Shown here in pieces: positions 18,819 through 27,932 of a stretch of 64,000 nucleotides of DNA. Location of the stretch: the NCBI GenBank assembly GCA_965237415.1, contig CBDEFM010000002.1, positions 192,001-256,000 of the forward strand. Reading direction: 5' to 3'. The notes under the pieces are model-generated. The model did not search any database, was not told the origin of the DNA, and worked only from the letters and a program-made list of their open reading frames with translations. Within the stretch, counting starts at the first letter, position 1; each line of letters begins with the position of its first letter. The stretch comes from Alphaproteobacteria bacterium (lineage in GTDB: Bacteria; Pseudomonadota; Alphaproteobacteria; UBA828). The position numbers were made by a program, and so were the translations under genes.

Positions 18819-20276
18819 CTACGCCGCCTGCTTCGATTGCAGGCCGTTCTCTTCCACCCAGCGGGTGGTGTCGTCGAGGGCGGCGGTGAAGCGGCGCATC
18901 ATTTCCTCCATCTCGGCCTCAGTCATCACCAGCGGCGGGGCGAAGGCGAGGCTGTCGCCGGCGAGCGCGCTCCTGATGATGAGGCCGTGCTCGCGGGCGC
19001 GGTCCACCGCGTAGGTCTTCACGCCGAACGACGGGTCGAAGGAGCGCCGGGTTTCCTTGTCCGCCACCAGCTCGATGGCGGCCATCATGCCGACGCCGCG
19101 GGTGGTCCCCACCAGCGGGTGATCGGCAAAGCCCCTGATGCGCTTCTGTAGCAGGCCGCCCACGCGGCGCACGTTGCCGAGCACGTCGCGCTCCTCCATC
19201 AGCTCCTGGCAGCGGAGTGCCACGGCGACCGCTACCGGGTGGCCGGTGGTGGTGAAGGCGTGGGCGAAGAAACCTAATTTGCGGCTCTGGGCCAGCATGG
19301 CGTCATAGAGCTTCTGGTTGATCATCACCGCCGAGATCGGCTGGTAGGCGCTGGCGAGCCCCTTGGCCAGCGAGAGCCCGTCGGGCCGGATGTTGAAGGT
19401 CTCCGACCCCAGCCAGTTGCCGGTGCGGCCCGAGCCCGTGATGACCTCGTCGGCGAAGAACAGCACCTCGTACTTGTCGAGGACGGCCTGCACCTTCTCG
19501 AAATAGGTCTTGGGCGGCACGATGCAGCCGCCGCCGCCCATCACGGGCTCGGCGAAGAAGGCCGCGACGGTCTCCGGTTCCTCCTTCACGATCAGCTCTT
19601 CCAGGTTGGCGGCGAGCCTCGTGGCGTAGTCCTCCTCGCTCTCGCCCGGCTCGCCGTAGCGGTAGAAGTGCGGGCAGTCGGTCTTGAGGAAGAGGTCGTT
19701 GACCGGCAGGTCGAAGTCCGTGTGCATCTGCGGGATGCCGGTGACGCTGGCGGCGCCGCAGGTCACGCCGTGGAAGCCCATGAAGCGGGAGATGATCTTC
19801 TTCTTCTCCGGCTTGCCGATGGCGTTGTGGTAGTACCAGGTGAGCTTGACCAGCGTGTCGTTCGCCTCGGAGCCCGAGTTGGCGAAGAAGACCCTCGCCA
19901 TCGGCACATGCGTGGACGCCTTGAGCCGCTCGGCGAGCCGGCCCATGGGCTCGGTCGTCTTGTCGATCAGTGAGTGGTAGTAGGGCAGCGTCCGGAACTG
20001 CTCGATCGCGGCATCGACCAGCGCGCTCTCGCTGAAGCCGAAGTTGGCGCACCACATGCCGGCGACGCCTTCGATGTAGTCGCGGCCCTCCTCGTCGATG
20101 ATGGAGACACCCTTGCCGCGGGTGATGACGAGCGGCGGCGTCCTCTCCAGTGCGTCGAGATTGCCGTAGCCGTGGGCGACGTGGGCCACATTGCGCGCGC
20201 CGAGGGAGTTCGGGTTGCTGACGGGCGCGGGGCTGTCTTCGCCGGCGCTCAGGGTGGTGCTGCTTGCATCGTCCAT
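18819..20276 (-). CDS. Class III aminotransferase
   Basis: NSGSEAND, FFADEVITGSGRTG, SLAKGLAS. Confidence 0.95.
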   Translation of the reverse strand: MDDASSTTLSAGEDSPAPVSNPNSLGARNVAHVAHGYGNLDALERTPPLVITRGKGVSIIDEEGRDYIEGVAGMWCANFGFSESALVDAAIEQFRTLPYYHSLIDKTTEPMGRLAERLKASTHVPMARVFFANSGSEANDTLVKLTWYYHNAIGKPEKKKIISRFMGFHGVTCGAASVTGIPQMHTDFDLPVNDLFLKTDCPHFYRYGEPGESEEDYATRLAANLEELIVKEEPETVAAFFAEPVMGGGGCIVPPKTYFEKVQAVLDKYEVLFFADEVITGSGRTGNWLGSETFNIRPDGLSLAKGLASAYQPISAVMINQKLYDAMLAQSRKLGFFAHAFTTTGHPVAVAVALRCQELMEERDVLGNVRRVGGLLQKRIRGFADHPLVGTTRGVGMMAAIELVADKETRRSFDPSFGVKTYAVDRAREHGLIIRSALAGDSLAFAPPLVMTEAEMEEMMRRFTAALDDTTRWVEENGLQSKQAA

Positions 20277-20439
20277 CACGGGCCATCTCCGTCGCTTGGG
20301 GCCGTCGGCCGGAGCCTTCCTCCGGGCCGCGTGCATACTAGCAGGCCCGCGCCTTGTTCATATCCCTGAGTCGCCGTGGGAGGATGACAGGGGGAGGTGC
20401 AGCGGGTTTGGTACGGGATACGCGCGAACATTTCTTGGC

Positions 20440-20483
20440 GGGATTCGCCGGGATAAAGTGGGATTAAGTGGGATAAGCGGGAT
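20440..20483. repeat. Phased GGGAT direct-repeat array (5 copies)
   Basis: GGGAT at 20440, 20450, 20460, 20470, 20479. Confidence 0.75.
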
Positions 20484-20759
20484 TCCGAGGCCCGGGCGGC
20501 GGCGATGAAACGGCCCGCTCGCCGAGCGCCCGGTCGGCGCAGTGGTCGAGCTCAGTCGTGTCGTGCTCAGTCGGGCTTCGCTTTGCATGACGCAATTTTG
20601 GCGCGCACAGCCGGCACCCTCCACCGCACCATGGTCCGGGCTCAGCGAGTGGGGAACACCCCATCCTCCTCCCTCTTTCTCCTCCCTGGGGAGCAAAGGG
20701 AAGGTGGGCCGGCGCACATGCGAGAGACGGTGGAAAGGGGGCGGTCATGGCACCCGCCG

Positions 20760-21647
20760 TCAGCCGGGCGTGAGCGTGGCGAGCAGGCCGTAGTGGTCGG
20801 AAAGGGGCAGCGCGTCTCCATCCGGGAGCGGCACCGCCGGCTCGTCGAGGACGATGCGCACATTGCTCGCCTCAAGCCCGTGCCCGGCCCGCGGGCGCAC
20901 GAAGATGTGGTCGACCCGCCGCGCCTTGCCTGAGGCCCGGTCGCGGTTGAGCGGGTTGGCCGGGTCCCAGGTGCCAGGCGGGCGGGCGTCATCCGGCAGG
21001 CAAGCGGCGACGTCGACGAAGCCGGCGGCGGCGAGTCGCCGGCCGGTCGCCGGGTCCGTGGCCGGGTCGTTGTTAAAGTCGCCCGCGAGCACGACCGTCC
21101 CCTCGAAGGACGCACCGGCGGCATCGATCGCTTCGGCGATCTGTGCGCTCCGCCGGTCGGGCGCACCCTGGCGCCGGCGTTGCCGATAGGCGCCGCCGGC
21201 CGTGGCGTGCAGGTTGATCACGCGGCACCGGCCGAGGCCAGGCGTCCGCACCGTGCAGCCGAGCATCCCGCGCGGGCCGAAGAGGCCCTCCTCAAACGTC
21301 TGATTCGCGAATGGGGTGCACGAGGCCTCTTCGATCGGATAGCGGGAGAGGGTGAGGAGCCCGGTGCCATAGAAGCGGGTGTCCTCTTCGATACCGGCGC
21401 GATGGGGGTAGAGATCGCGGAGCGCCGCCGCCAGTCCCTTCTTGACGCGCTGCGGGACCAGCTCCTGCAAGAGCACGATATCGGCGTCCACCCTGCGCAG
21501 CGCTGGAGCGAGGTGGGCTGCGCGGGCGATCACGTGCGGCACGTCTTCGTAGAGCGCGGCGCCGAACAGGCGGATCTCGGTGAGGCCGGTATTGAAGGTC
21601 AAGACGCTAAGCATCGGCGCATCGCTGCCGTGCGTCCGCCGGGCCAT
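20760..21647 (-). CDS. Endonuclease/exonuclease/phosphatase family protein
   Basis: VLTFN, DIVLLQE, LAGDFN, RVDHIF, LSDHYGL. Confidence 0.9.
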   Translation of the reverse strand: MARRTHGSDAPMLSVLTFNTGLTEIRLFGAALYEDVPHVIARAAHLAPALRRVDADIVLLQELVPQRVKKGLAAALRDLYPHRAGIEEDTRFYGTGLLTLSRYPIEEASCTPFANQTFEEGLFGPRGMLGCTVRTPGLGRCRVINLHATAGGAYRQRRRQGAPDRRSAQIAEAIDAAGASFEGTVVLAGDFNNDPATDPATGRRLAAAGFVDVAACLPDDARPPGTWDPANPLNRDRASGKARRVDHIFVRPRAGHGLEASNVRIVLDEPAVPLPDGDALPLSDHYGLLATLTPG

Positions 21648-21660
21648 GAAAGCCGGTGCG

Positions 21661-22587
21661 CTACGGCCCCGGCCCTGCCCGGGTCACCGGCGGAGAGCTG
21701 CGGTTGACCAGGAAGAGGCCGGCGAATAGGAGCGCGACGGCGAGGCCAATCCACGGGCTCGGCACCTCGCCGAAATAAAGGGCGGCCCAGCCCATGCCGG
21801 CGAGGGGGCCGATATAGCCGTTGGTCGAGAAGAAGACCGGCCCGGCCATGCGGATGATTTCCAGGCCGAGCACGAAGAAGCACGCGGTGAGCACGCCGCC
21901 GCCGATCAGCGACCAGTCGCCGTCGGTCATGGTGCTGTCGAACAGCCACCAGCTGTCGGCGGCGGCCATGACGGGCACCATCAGGACGGCGCTTGCGAAG
22001 GCGATCCCGCAGGTCAGCGGAATCGGTTTGCTGCCTGCTGGGCGGAGGAACACCACTGCAACGCTGCCGAAGGCGTAACAAACCGGTGAGCCGAAGGCCA
22101 ACAGCAGCCACAGCGCCATGTCGGGGTCCGGCAGGCTCGTCCCCGGGGTCAGCACCACCAGGATTCCTGCGAGGCCGAGCAGGATGCCCGCGACGCGCAG
22201 CAGGCGCACGCGGTCGAGCCTGAACAGGATCGAGAAGGCGTAAGTCAGGATCGGCGAGAGCGTGAGCGTGAGTGCGACCGCGCCGGCCGGCACCCTGGGC
22301 GCTGCGAGCGCCAGCAACGTGTAGGGCAGGACGATACCGATGAAACCGAAGAGGAAGTAGAAGCGGAGGTAGGCGCCCGTCAGCCTCGGTCGCTGCCCGA
22401 CGACAAGGCCCGCAATCAGCGCGACCGTACCTGCGCCGACTCCCTGCCAGAAGACGAAGGGGACGACCGGGATGCCTTCGGTGATGGCGATCCGATTGAG
22501 CGAGAAGGTCATTGCGTAGCTGCAGGCCCCGAACAACAGCATGGCGAGCGGGACCAGGCGCCCGCCGTCCGGTTCGAAGCGGCTCAC
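21661..22587 (-). CDS. DMT (EamA) family transporter
   Basis: About 10 hydrophobic helices in two repeats; GTG start at 22587. Confidence 0.88.
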   Translation of the reverse strand: MSRFEPDGGRLVPLAMLLFGACSYAMTFSLNRIAITEGIPVVPFVFWQGVGAGTVALIAGLVVGQRPRLTGAYLRFYFLFGFIGIVLPYTLLALAAPRVPAGAVALTLTLSPILTYAFSILFRLDRVRLLRVAGILLGLAGILVVLTPGTSLPDPDMALWLLLAFGSPVCYAFGSVAVVFLRPAGSKPIPLTCGIAFASAVLMVPVMAAADSWWLFDSTMTDGDWSLIGGGVLTACFFVLGLEIIRMAGPVFFSTNGYIGPLAGMGWAALYFGEVPSPWIGLAVALLFAGLFLVNRSSPPVTRAGPGP

Positions 22588-22600
22588 TTGGGGCTCCCCG

Positions 22601-23371
22601 TCACTCCGTGAGACCGGCGGTGAGTCCACCGTCGATGACGAGCGCCGTGCCGGTGATCCAAGCCGCGTCGTCGGAGGCGAGATAGACGAAGCCGTCGGCA
22701 ATATCGCGTGGCGTGCCGATACGCCCGAGCGGGGTGCGGCCTGCGGCTCTGGCCAGGGCGGATTCCGGGTCCGCTTGTTCCGCAAGGAAGCCCTCGAACA
22801 TGGGCGTATCGACGAAACCGGGACAGATGCAGTTGGCGCGAATACCCGCCTTGGCGCCGTCGAGCGCCATGCAGCGCGTGAGCATGATCAGCCCCGCCTT
22901 GGAGGCGACGTAGGCGGCATCCTGCGGGGCCGCGATGACGCCGGCGATCGAGGCCGTGCTCAGGATGACGCCGCCGCCGGACTCGGCGAAGTGCGGCCAG
23001 AACGCCTTCGAGACTCGATAGGCGCCGCTCAGGTTGATGTCGATCTCCCGCTGCCAGTCAGCCTCCGAGAGCTCAGCCACGCCGCCCAGGATGGTGACGC
23101 CGGCATTGTTCACCAGCACCTCGATCCTGCCGTAAGCCGTCAGCGCCTCCTCCCCAAGCCGCGCCACGTCTTGCTCGCTGGTGATGTCGGCGCTCACGGC
23201 GAGCGCGGTGCCACCGTTCGCTACGATCGACGCGGAGACCGCGGCCGCGCCCGCCGCGTCGCGGTCGGCGCAGACGACCGCCGCTCCTTCCTCGGCAAAT
23301 CGCAGCGCCGTCTCGCGGCCGATGCCCGACGCGGCGCCGGTGACGACGGCGTTCTTGCCGGCGAGTCTCAC
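22601..23371 (-). CDS. SDR family oxidoreductase
   Basis: TGAASGIG, NNAG, YVASK. Confidence 0.95.
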   Translation of the reverse strand: MRLAGKNAVVTGAASGIGRETALRFAEEGAAVVCADRDAAGAAAVSASIVANGGTALAVSADITSEQDVARLGEEALTAYGRIEVLVNNAGVTILGGVAELSEADWQREIDINLSGAYRVSKAFWPHFAESGGGVILSTASIAGVIAAPQDAAYVASKAGLIMLTRCMALDGAKAGIRANCICPGFVDTPMFEGFLAEQADPESALARAAGRTPLGRIGTPRDIADGFVYLASDDAAWITGTALVIDGGLTAGLTE

Positions 23372-23393
23372 GGGGGCGGGGCCGTGAGCCTGC

Positions 23394-24347
23394 TCACGCG
23401 GGCATGGTCTCGTTTCGGCGCTGGGCGCGCTGCATCAGGATCAGGCCGATCACAGCGAACACGCTGAGGCAGATCAGGATGAACAGGCCCACCGCCGCCA
23501 CATAGGCCCAATCGAGATTCTTGAAGGTAAGGTCGAGGATGTAGACGGAGATCGACTTGGTCGCCGTCCCCGGCCCGCCGCCGGTCATCACGTAGAGGAC
23601 GTCGAAGATCTTGATGCACTCGATGGTACGGATGACCAGCGCAATGATCATCACCATCTTCATGCGCGGCAGCACGATGCGCCAGAAGCGCTGCCACGCG
23701 TTCGCGCCGAGCAGCGTCGCCGCCTTCATCTGATCCTCGGGCACGCCCACCATACCTGCGAGCAGGATCAGGAACATGAGCGGCGTCCACTGCCAGATGT
23801 CGGCGATCATCACCGAGACCATCGCAAGGCTGGAATCCGCGAGCCAGAGAATCTCGACTTCGGAGCCGCTGATCCGGCTGAGCAGGTCGTTGATGGGGCC
23901 CCTGCTCTGGAACAGCATGAAGAACATGTAGCCGGCCACCGCAGGCACGATCATCATCGGCATCAGCATGATCGAGTAGAAGAGCCGCTTGCCCACGAAT
24001 TTCTCGGCGAAGAGGATGGCGAGGCCCAGGCCCAGCAGGAACTCGATGGGCACGCAGACGCCGACGATCAGGAAGGTCCGCCCGATCGAGCCCCAGAGCT
24101 TCGAATCGTCGAAGAGGTCGCCGTAGTTGCCGAAGAGGTTGGCGCTCTCGTAGGCCATGTACCAGCGCGTGCCGTCGAGCGGCCCCCACCAGGTGAAGCT
24201 CACGTAGAGCTGCATCACGAGCGGGAAGGCGACGATGAAGAGCAGCAGCAACTGGGCAGGCAGCGTCAGGTAGAGCCCGAGCCGCTTGCCCTGGCTCTCC
24301 AGCGGCGTCAGCACGGGCCGCCTGGATTTCGAGGCCGCCCGGCTCAT
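23394..24347 (-). CDS. Carbohydrate ABC transporter permease
   Basis: ADIWQWTPLMFLILLAG, EAA-like loop KAATLLGA, TGGGPGTAT. Confidence 0.93.
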   Translation of the reverse strand: MSRAASKSRRPVLTPLESQGKRLGLYLTLPAQLLLLFIVAFPLVMQLYVSFTWWGPLDGTRWYMAYESANLFGNYGDLFDDSKLWGSIGRTFLIVGVCVPIEFLLGLGLAILFAEKFVGKRLFYSIMLMPMMIVPAVAGYMFFMLFQSRGPINDLLSRISGSEVEILWLADSSLAMVSVMIADIWQWTPLMFLILLAGMVGVPEDQMKAATLLGANAWQRFWRIVLPRMKMVMIIALVIRTIECIKIFDVLYVMTGGGPGTATKSISVYILDLTFKNLDWAYVAAVGLFILICLSVFAVIGLILMQRAQRRNETMPA

Positions 24348-25207
24348 TGCTTGAGCGCCCCGAAGGTAAGGCCGCGCACCAGATATTTCTGGATCGCGAT
24401 GCCGAAGACCACCGGCGGCACCACGGCGATGAGTCCGAGCGCAGCCTTGGCGCCGTACATCTGCCCCGTCATCGCCGAGGACAGCGAGTTCATGTAGACC
24501 GGGATCGTCACCCACTCCTTGCGGGTCAGCAGCAGGGCGATGACGTAGTCGCTCCAGTTCAGGATGAAGACGAAGAGCGTGGTGCTGGCGAGCGCCGCCT
24601 TCACCATCGGCAGCGTGATCTTCCAGAACACGCGGAACCAGCTGCAGCCCTCGACGAGCGCAGCCTCCTCGATCTCGCGCGGCACTTCATCGAAGAAGGT
24701 CTTCATCAGCCAGAAGGCAAAGGGGAGCGTGACGATGCCGTAGATGAGCGAGAGGCCCCACCAGGAATCCATGGCGCCGATGAAGGCCCACATGATCATC
24801 ACCGGGATCATCACCGCCAGCGGCGGGAACAGGCGAAGCTGGAGGACGCCGAGCGGCAGGTTTCTGCCTACCCCGAAGCGGGAGACCGCATAGGCGCCGA
24901 GGGTGCCGGCGATTACCGCGATCGCGGTGCCCAGCAGCGCGGTAATCAGGCTGGAGAGGATTGGTTTGGTGGCGGTCCTCTCGTGGGTAATGGAGTAGGC
25001 GTCCGTCTCGCCGGTGAAGATGTACTCGAAATTGGCGAAGGTGGGCTCGCGCGGCAGCCAGTGCAGGTCGCCTGCGGTCGACACCCACTCGGTGTGGGGC
25101 TTGAAGGCCATCGTGGCCATCCACACCACCGGCAGCAGCGCCAGGCCGACGGCGACGAGAATCAGCGCGTAGCGCCAGAGGTGGGAGGTGTACGCTCTTT
25201 GCATCAC
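24344..25207 (-). CDS. Carbohydrate ABC transporter permease
   Basis: EIEEAALVEG EAA motif, YLVRGLTFGALK. Confidence 0.93.
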   Translation of the reverse strand: MMQRAYTSHLWRYALILVAVGLALLPVVWMATMAFKPHTEWVSTAGDLHWLPREPTFANFEYIFTGETDAYSITHERTATKPILSSLITALLGTAIAVIAGTLGAYAVSRFGVGRNLPLGVLQLRLFPPLAVMIPVMIMWAFIGAMDSWWGLSLIYGIVTLPFAFWLMKTFFDEVPREIEEAALVEGCSWFRVFWKITLPMVKAALASTTLFVFILNWSDYVIALLLTRKEWVTIPVYMNSLSSAMTGQMYGAKAALGLIAVVPPVVFGIAIQKYLVRGLTFGALKQ

Positions 25208-25352
25208 ATGCCAAGCCGAGGCCGTGACCCGGCGCCGGTTACAGCGCTTGCGGGCGACCGCTCATCGCCAAGGGTGAGCGCAGCCGGGGAAGGGGCGGGC
25301 GGTGCGCAAGCCCAGCGCACCGCCCGCTTCAGACCAATTCGGCGCTGCCGGA

Positions 25353-26930
25353 TCAGGCTTGATCGATGACCGTCGACCAGCCGGACTTCGCGGCGTTGAT
25401 GAGCCCGATCATCTTGTCCTCGCCCTTCTTCCGGATGTGCTTGCGCCACGACTTGGCGGTGTTCTCCATGGCCTCCTGGGGCGTGATCTCGCCGGCCAAC
25501 GCAGAGACGAGATTCTCGCTCAGCGTGTTGTGCATCGCGAACTGGCCGGGGATGGCGATCGTGGGCACCGCGCGCGCCACCGTGCCTTCGATGATCGGCA
25601 CGTGGTAGGGCTTGTAGGACTGGATGACCAGCGGATCCTGGAAGTTGGCGAGCTGGAAGGGATCGAAGAACCCACCCGGATTACTCGTCAGCAGGCTGAA
25701 GATCCGCGTCGAGCCCGACCACTGCAGCCAGAGATACGCGGCCTCCTGATACTCGCTCTGGGTCGAGACGCCGCCGTTGTTGCCGAGATAGATGGTCGAT
25801 CGCCGCACCAGGTCGTTGCCGAACTGGTGACCCGGCGGCAGGAACGAGCCCATCTTGCCGCCTATCGCGGTTTCCGAATTGTCAAGGAACTTCGGGCAGT
25901 TGGAGAAGGTGCCGAGCATGAACGAGTTGCCGTTGGCCATGTTCCCGTAGTACTCGGGCCAGCTCCAGCCGAGGCCTCCCTTGTCCGACCAGTCGAGGCT
26001 CTTCACGTGCTCCTCGGTGGCCTGGATGCCCGCATCGGTGTCGATGAGCGGGTTGCCCTCGTCGTCGAACAGGTGCTGGTTGGGATTGTCCTTGCTGACG
26101 TAGCGGTTGTACCAGGTGCTGATGCCCCAGAAATGGCTCATCATGTTGCCGTTGCCGAGCATCCCCTTGGAGGTGAAGAACTCGGCCAGCTGGTCGCACT
26201 CGCCCCAGGTGCGGGGCGGTCCCAGCTCCCAGCCGTACTTGTCGCCGAACTCCTTCTGGTTCGCCGCGTCTTCCGTGAGATCCCTACGGTAGACCCAGAC
26301 CTGGGCGTCGCCGTCGTAGCAGACCGAGCGCGGCTCGCCGCCGTACTTGTAGAGCATGTCGTAGGATTCCGGCGTCGGCATGCCGCGTTCGGGGTCGGCG
26401 AAGTCAGCGCCGTGTTTCTCGATCCATTCGCCGAGCGGCGCGATGCCGTTGGCTTCCGACAGATCGCCCATGGCCGCATAGCCGAAGGTGTAGACGTCAT
26501 AGGCGGCGGAGCCGGTGGTGACGTCCTGGATCACCTTGTTGAACTGCTCTTCCGGCGAGACGGGGATGAACTCGAGCTTGACCCCGGTCTCGGCCTCCCA
26601 GATCGACTGCAGCGTCGGCCCGTCCGGCGGCCAGGCATTGGTGAAGTGGCCGATGGCGCCGTCCGTCATCAGGATGTTGAGTTTCTCCGGCGCCTTGCCC
26701 TCGGCCTTCAACTTGCGCATGCCCTCGACGGCGCGCCCTTCGGACATGGTCTCGTTGTACTGATAGCGCTCTGCCCCGTCGAAGCCGGTGGGGCCGCCCG
26801 TCATGCCCGGTGCCAGACCCTCTGCCCGCGCGGGGCGGATGAACCTGGGCGCGATACCGATCGGCGAGGTGAGCAACACGCCTGCGGCGCCGGCTTTCAA
26901 CGCCTGCCGTCGCGTAATTTTAATCGCCAT
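25353..26930 (-). CDS. Sugar ABC transporter substrate-binding protein (Tat-exported)
   Basis: Twin-arginine ITRRQALK; YRRDL, PPRTW motifs; upstream of the permeases. Confidence 0.9.
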   Translation of the reverse strand: MAIKITRRQALKAGAAGVLLTSPIGIAPRFIRPARAEGLAPGMTGGPTGFDGAERYQYNETMSEGRAVEGMRKLKAEGKAPEKLNILMTDGAIGHFTNAWPPDGPTLQSIWEAETGVKLEFIPVSPEEQFNKVIQDVTTGSAAYDVYTFGYAAMGDLSEANGIAPLGEWIEKHGADFADPERGMPTPESYDMLYKYGGEPRSVCYDGDAQVWVYRRDLTEDAANQKEFGDKYGWELGPPRTWGECDQLAEFFTSKGMLGNGNMMSHFWGISTWYNRYVSKDNPNQHLFDDEGNPLIDTDAGIQATEEHVKSLDWSDKGGLGWSWPEYYGNMANGNSFMLGTFSNCPKFLDNSETAIGGKMGSFLPPGHQFGNDLVRRSTIYLGNNGGVSTQSEYQEAAYLWLQWSGSTRIFSLLTSNPGGFFDPFQLANFQDPLVIQSYKPYHVPIIEGTVARAVPTIAIPGQFAMHNTLSENLVSALAGEITPQEAMENTAKSWRKHIRKKGEDKMIGLINAAKSGWSTVIDQA

Positions 26931-27149
26931 TGATGCCTCCCTTGCATGTTCCCGATGAGGTGGGCCGTGCCGTTGAGCCGGCGCACTATCGCCACGCAAC
27001 CTATACCATGCGCGCATGGCGTCGCGCACCTTCCGTGCGTCGATCCGGAACATGCTCCTTCCCATCGTGAGCCTCCGAGCCCGCTATCTAGCGCCGTCGC
27101 GAGCGTCTAAAAGGAGGGCCGTCGTGGGGAAGGGAGCGGCCGGAGGGAT

Positions 27150-27932
27150 ATGGCGATGAGCGGTGAGTGGCATCGGATGAGCGCTCTGGCGCTCGGCGCA
27201 GGAATCGAAGGCGGCGCCATCGACCCGCGCGCGCTGACCGAATTTTTCCTGGAGCGGATCGAGGAGGTCGACGGCGACCATGCGATCTACCTGCGCATCA
27301 CCGCCGCCCGCGCCCGCTTCGCGCTGCCCACCACGCTCGTGTGGGACTCGCTCGATCCCGGCGTGGACGCGCCTGCCCGCAGCGCGGTCGAGCGCCTGCG
27401 TGCGGCCGGCTGCGTCATCGACGAGAGGCCGGTGCCCGAGTTCGATACGGTCGGGGAGCTGGTCAGCCGCTTCGGCGCGTATCACTCCGCCGAGTGCCAC
27501 GCGCTCTGGTACGACGTCATCGAGGCGCGGCCAGACCTGATCTACGCCCCGATATGGGAGCGAATTCGCGTGGGCGCGCAAATTTCGGCCACCGATGCCG
27601 CACGGGCGAAGCAGGGACTCGCCGCGGCTGCTGCCTCCCTCCACCCGAGAATGCGGCGGCACGGCGTTTTCCTCATGCCCACGGCGGCGGCAAGCCCCCC
27701 GCCCATCGCCGCGCTCGAAGCCGACGCCGAGGTCTACAGGACGGCCAATGTTGCGGCTCTTCGCAACGCGCGCCTCGGCAACTACCTCAATTGCTGTGCA
27801 CTGACGCTCCCCTGCGGGCGCGACCAGAATGGCGTGCCGGTCGGATTGATGCTGATGGCCCCGCCCGGGGAGGAGGAGCGTCTGTTGCGCTTAGGCCACG
27901 CTATCGAGCCTGTGATTGCCGAGGGCGCGTAG
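27150..27932 (+). pseudogene. Amidase family protein with in-frame internal deletion
   Basis: Amidase N- and C-terminal segments (LTLPCG...PVGLML...EERLL) present; KD and GGSS signature region absent. Confidence 0.8.

Noticed and set aside
20645-20710. Degenerate CCCTCT...GGGGAG REP-like palindrome
   Set aside because: Single poor copy in the window; a repeat family cannot be established.
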